Part shown: positions 46,360 to 55,154 of the stretch, piece by piece
Layout: every line of letters begins with the position of its first letter
How positions within the stretch are numbered: position 1 is the first letter of the stretch
Assembly: GCA_947630455.1 (NCBI GenBank)
Contig: CANRHP010000004.1
Coordinates: 20,414 to 84,413 of the forward strand
Direction of reading: 5' to 3'
DNA: 64,000 bases
From: an uncultured Clostridia bacterium
Lineage (GTDB): Bacteria > Bacillota > Clostridia > Christensenellales > CAG-314
Translations under genes and position numbers: made by a program
Notes under the pieces: model-generated
What the model was told of the DNA's origin: nothing
Seen by the model: the letters and a program-made list of their open reading frames with translations, nothing else
Databases searched by the model: none

Positions 46360-46803
46360 TTAGTCGTTGTTGCTCTTTGCAACAGCTTCTTGCGGCTGCT
46401 GCTCGTTTTCGTATGAGATTTCGTCGGATATTTTCTTTGTTTCGGCGGCAGAGTCGTCGTCCGACGTTTCCTCGGAGCTTGTCAAGTCAAAAACCCCCTT
46501 GTCGCCGTCTCGTTCGCCGCTGACGGGCAATGCCTCTTGCTGCTTTGCTTTTTTCTTAGCAAGATAGTCTTTTACAAGGAAAACAATATGCACTACGATC
46601 AAAGCGGCGTTCATAAAGGCAGTGGAATATGCGGGAAGCAATATGCCGTATATAACAAACGCCACGCAGCCGCAAATGTTGATCAAACGCGTTATTGTTT
46701 GTTTACTGAATAAAAACGACACCAACACGAATGCAGAGGCAATTATACCCAGCCATTCATTTTTAAGTATTTCGACAAAAGTAACTCCGAGAGCAGATAA
46801 CAT
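46360..46803 (-). CDS. Small three-TM membrane protein with an acidic C-terminal tail
   Basis: 147 aa. Three hydrophobic helices, then a Lys-rich and Asp/Glu/Ser-rich tail. GGAGAA RBS. Confidence 0.6.
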   Translation of the reverse strand: MLSALGVTFVEILKNEWLGIIASAFVLVSFLFSKQTITRLINICGCVAFVIYGILLPAYSTAFMNAALIVVHIVFLVKDYLAKKKAKQQEALPVSGERDGDKGVFDLTSSEETSDDDSAAETKKISDEISYENEQQPQEAVAKSNND

Positions 46804-46917
46804 ATAAATTCTCCTTTTTTTTAGATTTTCAATATTTTATTACGGGTTCGGCGTTTTGCAAATCATGTCGGCGTTTTCGCCGTTAATTTTAGATTTGAGA
46901 CTTTTTTACCTCTGGCG

Positions 46918-47682
46918 TCAATTTTTTTCAAATCGAAAGTAGTCTGCGCATTTTACACAGACAAGATTATATTTTGCTGCGAGATTGATAGACGCTGTGT
47001 TATCCGTCACAATATAGGCGTAGGGAATGTCTCCGTTGGCAATCACCTCATTGCAGAGCGCCGTCATAACCTTAAGCGCATAACCCTTGTGACGGTATTC
47101 AGGCAGTGTATACAGCATACCGAGACTTTTTTCCAAATGACACAAACACCAACAAATCGGCTTGCCGTTCACGGTTATCGCGGCAGAGGGATGTCGCGCA
47201 AGGCACTCCTTTATCTCATCGGTATAGGCGTGATAGTGTGTGCCGTCGGAAACAAGCTGAGCAAATTCGGGCGAAAGCGGATGTATATTTTGATTGTTTA
47301 TATACGGCAAGGCCTGTCCGTTCCAAACGTAAAGATAGCAATGAGTTTCGTATTCGTATTTATAGCTGTCGCGCAACCATTCGGTAACGCACGGATCCAC
47401 GCCGCAAAGCTCTACCTTGCCGCAAATCGGAGCAAGCACCTCTGCAACAAAGGCACGGCAGTCCGTCACAAAACAGCATTTGTGTACATCTCCCACCCGT
47501 GCCACGAGCGCAAAATTATCTCCGTCCTGCCACACAACGGTTTCGTCGGAGAGACTGCAATAGCCCTCGAATATAAGCATATCCGGACGGGATTTGAACA
47601 TTTTCAGCAATTCGGGCGACGGTATCAATCGTTTCATTTCAACAAAAGCTTTTATAGCGGGATAAAGTATATCCGCAATCAA
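46918..47682 (-). CDS. GNAT-family N-acetyltransferase (FR47-like C-terminal domain)
   Basis: YRHKGYALKVMTALCNEVI...G..PYAYI...N..S..LA is an acetyl-CoA-binding-like segment. Start uncertain: the track uses TTG and no SD is seen. Confidence 0.6.
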   Translation of the reverse strand: MIADILYPAIKAFVEMKRLIPSPELLKMFKSRPDMLIFEGYCSLSDETVVWQDGDNFALVARVGDVHKCCFVTDCRAFVAEVLAPICGKVELCGVDPCVTEWLRDSYKYEYETHCYLYVWNGQALPYINNQNIHPLSPEFAQLVSDGTHYHAYTDEIKECLARHPSAAITVNGKPICWCLCHLEKSLGMLYTLPEYRHKGYALKVMTALCNEVIANGDIPYAYIVTDNTASINLAAKYNLVCVKCADYFRFEKN

Positions 47683-47830
47683 ATATTTATAGATTTTTGC
47701 TAAGTATACCAGAAAACCAAAATTTTTTCAATAGTTTGCGCAGAACAATATGGCAATTGGCAGCTAAAACGTCCTAATTTTAGAGTGGTTTTTACAGCGG
47801 ATTGATTTATAGGCATTTACGGTGTGTGGG

Positions 47831-47859
47831 TTGACACAATTTGTAGAATTTGGTATATT
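47831..47859 (+). promoter_or_regulatory. Sigma-A type promoter (TTGACA-17 bp-TATATT) 6 nt from the start codon
   Basis: TTGACA 47831-47836, TATATT 47854-47859. ATG at 47866 with no SD. Confidence 0.6.
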
Positions 47860-47865
47860 TGATTT

Positions 47866-48684
47866 ATGAAATGCGATTTGCACTTACATTCCAATTTGTC
47901 GGATGGTACATTCTCTCCGGAGGCGTTGGTGAATATGTCCAAGGAGCGCGGACTGGATTGCATTGCCATCACCGATCATGACACCTTTGCAGGGACTCGC
48001 CGCGCACACGACTATGCCGTCAGAGTTGGTCTGAAATACATAGTGGGCGCGGAGCTTTCCACTGTGCAAGACGGCATTGATGTGCACATGCTTGCCTACA
48101 ATGTGGATATAGACAATCCCGAGCTTGCAAGGGCAATGGAAAACGTACGCAATCTGCGCAACGTACGCAATGAAGCGATAGCCTCCAAGCTTGCCGAACA
48201 CGGTATGCCGATAGACATGTCAGCTCTCCTTGCTCGGACCCAAGGCTCGGTGGGGCGTCCCGTCATTGCTCGGGAAATGGTGCGGCTTGGTTACTGTGAA
48301 AGCGTTGTAGAAGCCTTTGAAAAGTATATCGGCACAGGAAAGTGCTGCTATGTACAGACGCAAAGACTCACACCTGCAGAGGCAATACGGCTTACGCTTC
48401 GTTTCGGAGGTATTCCCGTGTTGGCGCATCCCAAGCAGCTTCATCTTGACAAGGCTTCGTTCGAAAAGTTTCTTAAGACCCTTGTTGCTGCCGGGCTGTC
48501 CGGTATTGAAGCCAACTATTTTGCACACAATACCAACGAGCGTAGCTACTACACCCGTATGGCGAAAAAATATAAGCTCATAGTCACCGGAGGAAGCGAT
48601 TTCCATGATTATGTGCACGGAGTGGAAATAGGTACTAAAAGCTTTTCGCCCAACGGTTACACTCGCAAGGTATTGGGTATATGA
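47866..48684 (+). CDS. PHP-domain phosphoesterase (TrpH/YciV-like)
   Basis: CDLHLHSNLSDG, ITDHD and HP...SDFH motifs. Confidence 0.85.
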   Translation: MKCDLHLHSNLSDGTFSPEALVNMSKERGLDCIAITDHDTFAGTRRAHDYAVRVGLKYIVGAELSTVQDGIDVHMLAYNVDIDNPELARAMENVRNLRNVRNEAIASKLAEHGMPIDMSALLARTQGSVGRPVIAREMVRLGYCESVVEAFEKYIGTGKCCYVQTQRLTPAEAIRLTLRFGGIPVLAHPKQLHLDKASFEKFLKTLVAAGLSGIEANYFAHNTNERSYYTRMAKKYKLIVTGGSDFHDYVHGVEIGTKSFSPNGYTRKVLGI

Positions 48685-49913
48685 AAAAATTCTACATTTT
48701 TTTGACGCTTGCGCTCGCTTTGTTTGCGAGCGTTTTTATTTGTAAAACGGCTTTTGCAGAGATTGATCCTTGGGATGTTTGTGTGGAAGTGGAGCACAAC
48801 GGAGATGTATTTCGTTACAAGTTAAGCGATAAGCTCTACGGAATAACCGATCAGGCTCAACAGCGCGGTTTCTATCTCGGCGCGCGCAGCAAACGCACTT
48901 TCTGCAGCAGCCTTATTGACGGCGGCTTGCCGGAACGCGCCGTCTACAATTATTTACTGCCCGATTTTGACTCCATTCTTAAGCATTTTTCCTATGTTTG
49001 CTGTAAGCGTTCTGATGCCGAGGTGAAGTTTGGAAAAAACGGATTTTCCTATCGAGCAGGACATGATGGTGTGGAAATAAATGAAAAAAAGCTCTTTGAT
49101 GAAATGCTCGATTCCAACGGCAGACTTCTGAAAATTACATTGCCGCTGAATGTTGACAAGGCGGTCACCGTTGAGCAGCTCAAAAGCAACACTGTGCTGC
49201 GCGGTACGTTCAGTACTACTTTTCGCAGCAGCGGAGCCAATAGAATACACAATATTATGCTTGCTGCAAGCAGTCTGAACGGCACGACTGTTGGCGTAAA
49301 CGAAATTTTTTCTTTCAATGGTATTGTGGGCAACCGAACCGAAGCCAACGGCTACAAAACTTCCAAGGTTATATTGGACGGCAATTATACAGAAGGCGTA
49401 GGCGGCGGCGTTTGTCAGGTGTCAACGACCTTGTACAATGCTTTGCTGCTTGCGGGGTTTGTACCCAACGCGGTGCAGCATTCGTTGGTATCAAGTTACG
49501 TCATGGCGGGTTTTGACGCAATGGTAAGCTATGGCGCTGCGGATCTGACGTTTATCAACGACACGGGACATCCCATCTACATTGCCGCAGCAGCACACAA
49601 TAAAACGATTACCTTCAATGTGTATGGAGAGCCGAATCCCTACAAAATAGTGCGGGAAAATGTCGAGGTGCGCGACCGCTTTGCTACGAGCTATGTTGTA
49701 GACGCGCAGAAATACCCCGAATTGGTTTATGTCGATCAGATCAAGGTATTGGTAGGCGGTTCCGACGGCGTCAAAAGCAAGTCCTATCTTAAATACTATT
49801 TGGACGGCAAGCTTGTTGAAACCAAATTGATACGAAGCAACAAATACAAACGTGTTGATGCGGTCATAGCTCGCGGTTATTTGCAGCGTAGTGAAGAATT
49901 GCCCGAAGGATAA
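48681..49913 (+). CDS. VanW family protein with N-terminal signal/anchor
   Basis: VanW core (GGGVCQVSTTLYNA). Start overlaps the upstream stop (ATGA). Confidence 0.8.
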   Translation: MKKFYIFLTLALALFASVFICKTAFAEIDPWDVCVEVEHNGDVFRYKLSDKLYGITDQAQQRGFYLGARSKRTFCSSLIDGGLPERAVYNYLLPDFDSILKHFSYVCCKRSDAEVKFGKNGFSYRAGHDGVEINEKKLFDEMLDSNGRLLKITLPLNVDKAVTVEQLKSNTVLRGTFSTTFRSSGANRIHNIMLAASSLNGTTVGVNEIFSFNGIVGNRTEANGYKTSKVILDGNYTEGVGGGVCQVSTTLYNALLLAGFVPNAVQHSLVSSYVMAGFDAMVSYGAADLTFINDTGHPIYIAAAAHNKTITFNVYGEPNPYKIVRENVEVRDRFATSYVVDAQKYPELVYVDQIKVLVGGSDGVKSKSYLKYYLDGKLVETKLIRSNKYKRVDAVIARGYLQRSEELPEG

Positions 49914-49965
49914 AAGGTATTTGTATTTTTCGTCAAAAACTTTCATCTATTTTATCATTATATTA

Positions 49966-49994
49966 TTGATTTATGACGCCAAATCAAGTATAAT
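49966..49994 (+). promoter_or_regulatory. Sigma-A type promoter (TTGATT-17 bp-TATAAT)
   Basis: TTGATT 49966-49971, TATAAT 49989-49994. Confidence 0.6.
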
Positions 49995-50054
49995 TATGCT
50001 ACCAAAGTAGGCGCAAAATTGATTTTTGCGTCATTACAAGCCAAGGAGAAAAGG

Positions 50055-51575
50055 ATGCCTACCAAAAAGGAACAACCGCAAATATTTACTATGCCGAACA
50101 GCGTAGAGGCAGAGCAAAGCATACTTTGTTGTATTTTGCGTGACGAGACATTTCAGGCGGACATAATTGCTTCCCTCAAGGCGGAAGATTTTTATCAAAA
50201 CAATCATGCGACGATATTTTCCGCGATGAAGGAGATCAACTCCGTTACACGACGCGTAGGTGATGAAACCAAGAATAACACCGTCAACCTCACTTCGCTG
50301 ATTGACCACCTAAGACGCAATGGTAAGCTTGCCGACGTAGGGGATATTGATTACATCACGCGGTTGAACGACTTTTTACCGAGTACCGCTAATTTTGAGG
50401 AGTATAAACAAATTGTTATACGTGCCTCAAAAATGCGTCAGCTGATACGTATTTGCGGCGAGGTTACTCAAAAAGCACGCAGCTATGCCAGCGCAGAGGA
50501 CGTTATTACCTATGCGGAGGAAGAGATATTTAAACTGGCTCAAGGCGAATCCGGCGGCGGATTGGTTTCTTTGTCGGAAGAAACCGGACGCACGCTGATG
50601 CAAATCAACGAGCGGTTCAAAAATCCCGGAATGTTCCGCGGCATAGAAACGGGTTTCAAATGGCTGGATCGAATGACAAACGGCCTGCACGGTGGGGAGC
50701 TTATAATACTTGCTGCCCGTCCCGGTGTGGGAAAATCCGCGCTTGCCATGAACATGGTGGAGCATGTGGCGAAAAGCGGCAAAACGGTGGCTGTGTTCAG
50801 TCTCGAAATGTCCAATCAGCAGCTGATCGAACGTTTGCTTTCCAGTATGTCAACCGTTCCCTTGGAATATATCAAGAGCGGACAATTGCCGGGCGGTGTA
50901 TCCGATTTGTCCAAACTGCGTGTTGCGCAAGATACGATTTGCTCTAAAATGCGGTTATTCGGTAATGAAAAAACGGATATCACTACTGCGGAGATAGCAT
51001 CACAGTGTCGTCGGCTCAAAGCGCAGCACGGCTTGGATCTGATCGTGATCGACTATTTGCAGTTGATGAACGGCGACGATAGAGAAAAAAATCGCAACGA
51101 CGGCAGAACTCAGGAAGTTGCGGCAATATCGCGTTCTCTGAAAAAGCTTGCAAAACAACTCAACGTTCCCATTATTGCCCTATCACAGCTCAAGCGCGAC
51201 GCCGAAATTCGAAACATCAAGGGCAAGGAAGGCGGCGGCGAGCCAGTACTGAGCGATTTGAGAGAATCGGGGGCAATCGAACAGGACGCGGATATCGTTA
51301 TGTTTATACACAAGGAAACGTCTGACAACGGATCTGCAAGATTCAGTCTCATCATTGCAAAGCACCGAAACGGTGAAACGGGCAATATGCCGTTACATTG
51401 GCTGGGTAAGATCGTGCGTTTCGTGGACGACGATTATCTTAACCGTCACAATATACGTATTTCGCCCGCTGCGGAACCCGTTGCACAGCAGCCCGAGATT
51501 CCCGACGCCGAGCCGGAATATTCTGAACCGCAAGACGAGGCGGCATTTATAAAGGACGACAAAACGGAAAATTGA
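50055..51575 (+). CDS. dnaB: Replicative DNA helicase DnaB
   Basis: N-terminal P.S.EAEQSIL; Walker A ARPGVGKSA; IVIDYLQLM; SQL.R; ESG.IEQDAD. Start at ATG 50055 behind AAGGAGAA. About 50 extra acidic C-terminal residues. Confidence 0.95.
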   Translation: MPTKKEQPQIFTMPNSVEAEQSILCCILRDETFQADIIASLKAEDFYQNNHATIFSAMKEINSVTRRVGDETKNNTVNLTSLIDHLRRNGKLADVGDIDYITRLNDFLPSTANFEEYKQIVIRASKMRQLIRICGEVTQKARSYASAEDVITYAEEEIFKLAQGESGGGLVSLSEETGRTLMQINERFKNPGMFRGIETGFKWLDRMTNGLHGGELIILAARPGVGKSALAMNMVEHVAKSGKTVAVFSLEMSNQQLIERLLSSMSTVPLEYIKSGQLPGGVSDLSKLRVAQDTICSKMRLFGNEKTDITTAEIASQCRRLKAQHGLDLIVIDYLQLMNGDDREKNRNDGRTQEVAAISRSLKKLAKQLNVPIIALSQLKRDAEIRNIKGKEGGGEPVLSDLRESGAIEQDADIVMFIHKETSDNGSARFSLIIAKHRNGETGNMPLHWLGKIVRFVDDDYLNRHNIRISPAAEPVAQQPEIPDAEPEYSEPQDEAAFIKDDKTEN

Positions 51576-51593
51576 CATTAAGGATACATAGGT

Positions 51594-53234
51594 ATGAATG
51601 AGTTCAAAAATTTTATCGAGGAAATAATCGACAGCGATTTGGCAAGCGGCAAGGTAAGCGAGGTTTGTACTCGTTTCCCGCCCGAGCCCAACGGCTATTT
51701 GCACATAGGACACGCTAAGAGTCTCTGTATAAATTTCGGGATAAAGGCTAAGTACGGAGGAAAGTGTAATCTGCGTTTTGACGACACCAATCCGAGCAAA
51801 GAAGACGTCGAGTATGTAGAGTCAATAAAATCGGATATAGAATGGCTCGGGTTCAGTTGGGACAAATTGCTTTTTGCCAGCGACTACTTCGATGTGATGT
51901 TCGATTGCGCCGTAAGGCTTATCAAAAAGGGGCTTGCCTACGTCAGTGACGAAACTGCCGAGGAAATACGTGAACGTCGGGGAACCTTGTACGAACCCGG
52001 TATCGAAAGTCCCTATCGCAATCGCAGTGTAGAGGAAAATTTAAAGCTGTTTTACGAAATGCGCGACGGAGTTTATCCCGACGGTGCCAAGGTGCTTCGC
52101 GCAAGAATCGACATGGCGTCCCCCAATCTCAACATGCGTGACCCCGTGATATATCGGGTGCTTCATGCCACTCATCACAACACGGGAGACAAATGGTGTA
52201 TCTATCCGATGTACGATTTCGCGCACCCCATAGAGGACGCACACGAAGGCATAACGCACTCGATATGCACATTGGAATTTGAGGACCATCGTCCGCTATA
52301 CGATTGGGTAGTACGCGAGTGTGAATTTCCCGAGCCCTTGCCGCAGCAAATAGAATTTGCCCGTCTCAACATAACCAATACGATTATGTCCAAGAGATAT
52401 CTCAAAAAGCTGGTGGATGAAGGCAAGGTGTTGGGTTGGGACGATCCGCGTATGCCAACGCTTTCCGGTATACGCCGCAGAGGTTATCCGCCCGAAGCAA
52501 TACGTGATTTTTGTGAGCGTATAGGCGTATCTAAGGCTAATAGCGAGGTTCAGGCAAGCTACCTTGAATCCTGCGTAAGGGACAATCTCAACCGTACGGC
52601 AAATCGTGTTATGGCGGTTTTCGATCCGCTGAAAGTGGTGCTTACCAACTACGAAGGGTCGGAATTGGTGCAGGTGGAAAACAATGGCAATGCCGAAACA
52701 TTGACATTCAGACAGGTGCCGTTTTCCAAAATTTTATATATCGACCGCAGCGACTTTGCATTGACGCCGCCGCCAAAATATTACCGTCTCAAACCGGACG
52801 GCTATGTACGTTTGAAGGGCGCCTACATCATTCATTTTGACGAAGCTTTGACAGACAGCGACGGCAGCGTTGTCGAATTGCATTGCTCGATCGTCCCCAA
52901 TTCCAAATCCGGCGAGGATACAAGCGGTATAAAAGTAAAGGGCGTCATTCAGTGGGTGGACGCCGCAACATGTGTGGACGTAACTGTGCGTAAGCTGCAA
53001 AGTTTGCTTACCGATGCCGTAGACGGCGTTATAGACTTCAATGAGCGATTCAATGCCGACAGTATGCAAGTGGTTACTGCAAAGGTGGAGCGTAGTTTGC
53101 TTTCCGCCAAAGCGGAAGATCGTTTCCAATTTATGCGCGTAGGTTATTACGTTCTGGATCGCGACAGCAAAGCGGACAAGCTTGTTTTTAACGAAATTGT
53201 GTCGCTTAAGGACAGCTTCAATCCAACGAAGTAA
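51594..53234 (+). CDS. glnS: Glutamine--tRNA ligase
   Basis: [16 protein letters not shown] (HIGH) and IMSKR (KMSKS variant); 546 aa with a GlnRS-type C-terminal beta-barrel region. Confidence 0.9.
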   Translation: MNEFKNFIEEIIDSDLASGKVSEVCTRFPPEPNGYLHIGHAKSLCINFGIKAKYGGKCNLRFDDTNPSKEDVEYVESIKSDIEWLGFSWDKLLFASDYFDVMFDCAVRLIKKGLAYVSDETAEEIRERRGTLYEPGIESPYRNRSVEENLKLFYEMRDGVYPDGAKVLRARIDMASPNLNMRDPVIYRVLHATHHNTGDKWCIYPMYDFAHPIEDAHEGITHSICTLEFEDHRPLYDWVVRECEFPEPLPQQIEFARLNITNTIMSKRYLKKLVDEGKVLGWDDPRMPTLSGIRRRGYPPEAIRDFCERIGVSKANSEVQASYLESCVRDNLNRTANRVMAVFDPLKVVLTNYEGSELVQVENNGNAETLTFRQVPFSKILYIDRSDFALTPPPKYYRLKPDGYVRLKGAYIIHFDEALTDSDGSVVELHCSIVPNSKSGEDTSGIKVKGVIQWVDAATCVDVTVRKLQSLLTDAVDGVIDFNERFNADSMQVVTAKVERSLLSAKAEDRFQFMRVGYYVLDRDSKADKLVFNEIVSLKDSFNPTK

Positions 53235-53256
53235 AAATTTGAGTCAAAGGTTAATC

Positions 53257-53285
53257 TTGACATTCCCTACGGAATAAGGTACAAT
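53257..53285 (+). promoter_or_regulatory. Sigma-A type promoter (TTGACA-17 bp-TACAAT)
   Basis: TTGACA 53257-53262, TACAAT 53280-53285. Confidence 0.65.
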
Positions 53286-53315
53286 ATTTAAATGTAATTT
53301 ACAAGGATCGGCGAT

Positions 53316-54131
53316 ATGAAAGTATGCAAAAACTGCGGTGAGATCAACGTAAACGATTCGTCCTACTGTTGCAACTGCGGCGGAAACAACTTCACAATAC
53401 AGGAGGAAACAGTTTGTCCCAATTGCGGCGCGATAAATGACAAATCCTATCAGCACTGCACAAATTGCGGCAAACCGTTGAGCGACGCGCCCGAAGGGTA
53501 CACTCCCGTCCCCATCAACCTCAAAGAAGAGCTGTCAACCGGTTATGCAACGGGTGCCATGTCTATACCGTCAGAGATGGCGCGCTGTCCTCATTGCGGC
53601 TCTTTGGTGCCTATCACGGCGATATTTTGTCAAAAATGCGGCGTCAGCGTCGCAAATTTGCACAGTCACAGGGTGGTAGAGCGCAAGGTTTGTCCTCATT
53701 GCGGGCGACTCAACAAGCTGGAGGCGGATCTGTGCGCTTACTGCTTCGGATCACTTGTCAACGCCGAAACGGAGCACCTGCAGGTAACGCACGAAAGTCA
53801 CAATCTCGGCGATCTGATCGTCAGACAGGCTTATCTTGAGGATGTCAACGGAAAAAACGTCATTTGTCCCAATTGCGGAACGCTCAATCCCGACAGTGAA
53901 CCGTTTTGCGTCAATTGCGGTCTCAAGTTGGAAATCGAAGAAATCAAGAGGTATTGTCCCAAGTGCGGTGCGGAAAACTCCGCGGACAGTTCATTTTGTT
54001 TCAAGTGCCGTTACAGCTTTGAAGGCGATTCTCCCGACAGGATAGAAAAATGGACGTGCCCCAGCTGCGAGCATGTCAATGAAAAAGACGATTTGTTTTG
54101 TCCCAACTGCGGACAGAAGAAAAAAGTATAG
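53316..54131 (+). CDS. Soluble protein made of seven zinc-ribbon units
   Basis: Seven C..CG-(9-12 aa)-C..CG units read in the translation. Confidence 0.75.
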   Translation: MKVCKNCGEINVNDSSYCCNCGGNNFTIQEETVCPNCGAINDKSYQHCTNCGKPLSDAPEGYTPVPINLKEELSTGYATGAMSIPSEMARCPHCGSLVPITAIFCQKCGVSVANLHSHRVVERKVCPHCGRLNKLEADLCAYCFGSLVNAETEHLQVTHESHNLGDLIVRQAYLEDVNGKNVICPNCGTLNPDSEPFCVNCGLKLEIEEIKRYCPKCGAENSADSSFCFKCRYSFEGDSPDRIEKWTCPSCEHVNEKDDLFCPNCGQKKKV

Positions 54132-54140
54132 GAGGTGTCT

Positions 54141-55067
54141 ATGGGCGCTAACAGCTACAATATCTGCCCGCGCTGCGGCAACAGCAATGCTTTAAGTGCC
54201 AAATACTGCTCCCGTTGCGGCGGACAGCTCAAGGTTCCCGAAGAACCTGTCATATGTCACAAATGTCACGCGCGCAACAGTCCCATGGCTAATTTTTGCC
54301 GCAACTGCGGCGCTGAGCTGAAGGTGGGCTGGGAAACGAAAATATGCCCCAAATGCGGCAAGGAGGTTGACGCTCACGACAGCGTTTGTACATGCGGCTA
54401 TTCGTTTGTGACTTTTCAGCAGACGGCGCCGGCTGTGCAGCCGCCGGCAGGAACGCGTGCCAAAATTTCCGGCACAAGCAAAAAAATGTACAAGGTCAAG
54501 GGCGGAAGAGGCTGGGCGATTGTTTCGTTCGTATTTCTTTTGCTGCTTGCCTACTATATTTTTATGCCATTGCAAATAGGAAATTTGTTGTATCGTCCCG
54601 AGGCGTTGAGCAAATTTGACAAAGGGTTTGTAACCGTCAGCTCGGAGCCGGTACTTTATTGGTACGGCGGCGAATGTATCTCGGCTTTTATTAAAAACGC
54701 GGCGGAAGGAACGCTGTCCTCGTTCGGCGCTGCAAATATCATGATAGCGGCGCTTGTCGCAATTGCCGTGATCACAATGGCAGTTCAGCTGATCCTTTGC
54801 ATCGTTCGTATTTTTAACGACAAACGCAACAAGTATATCGGCTGGTACTATCTGGTTATGTGCGGAATATATTGCTTGCTGATCAGCTTGATAACCATTT
54901 TCAGCAGACCCGGTATTGCAGAGTCATTGTCCGCATTATCGAAAGCGTTTTCGCTGCCAGAGGGATATACTGTAGGCTACGCGTTATGGAGCTTGCCGGT
55001 GTACTATTTGTTCTTCTTCCTGATTTCCCTTTGCTCTCGTGCCAAGCTATTGAAGGAGCACAAATAA
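54141..55067 (+). CDS. Membrane protein with three N-terminal zinc ribbons and several TM helices
   Basis: CPRCG...CSRCG, CHKCH...CRNCG and CPKCG...C.CG, then hydrophobic helices. ATG 54141 lies 5 nt after AGGAGG. Confidence 0.75.
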   Translation: MGANSYNICPRCGNSNALSAKYCSRCGGQLKVPEEPVICHKCHARNSPMANFCRNCGAELKVGWETKICPKCGKEVDAHDSVCTCGYSFVTFQQTAPAVQPPAGTRAKISGTSKKMYKVKGGRGWAIVSFVFLLLLAYYIFMPLQIGNLLYRPEALSKFDKGFVTVSSEPVLYWYGGECISAFIKNAAEGTLSSFGAANIMIAALVAIAVITMAVQLILCIVRIFNDKRNKYIGWYYLVMCGIYCLLISLITIFSRPGIAESLSALSKAFSLPEGYTVGYALWSLPVYYLFFFLISLCSRAKLLKEHK

Positions 55068-55100
55068 ACCCGTATTACACAACATTGACAACCAAACCCA

Positions 55101-55133
55101 AAAGACCATTTTCGTTTAGTTGTGGTCTTTTGT
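55101..55133 (+). terminator. Rho-independent terminator
   Basis: AAAGACCAT-loop-GTGGTCTTTT hairpin. Confidence 0.6.
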
Positions 55134-55154
55134 GATGTTTGAAAGAGGTATAGG

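Noticed and set aside
46079-47700. tRNA-Gln as an integration hotspot for a genomic island
   Set aside because: There is no integrase, no duplicated tRNA 3' end (att-like repeat) and no compositional break that I could see downstream. The neighbouring genes are ordinary (a small membrane protein and a GNAT).
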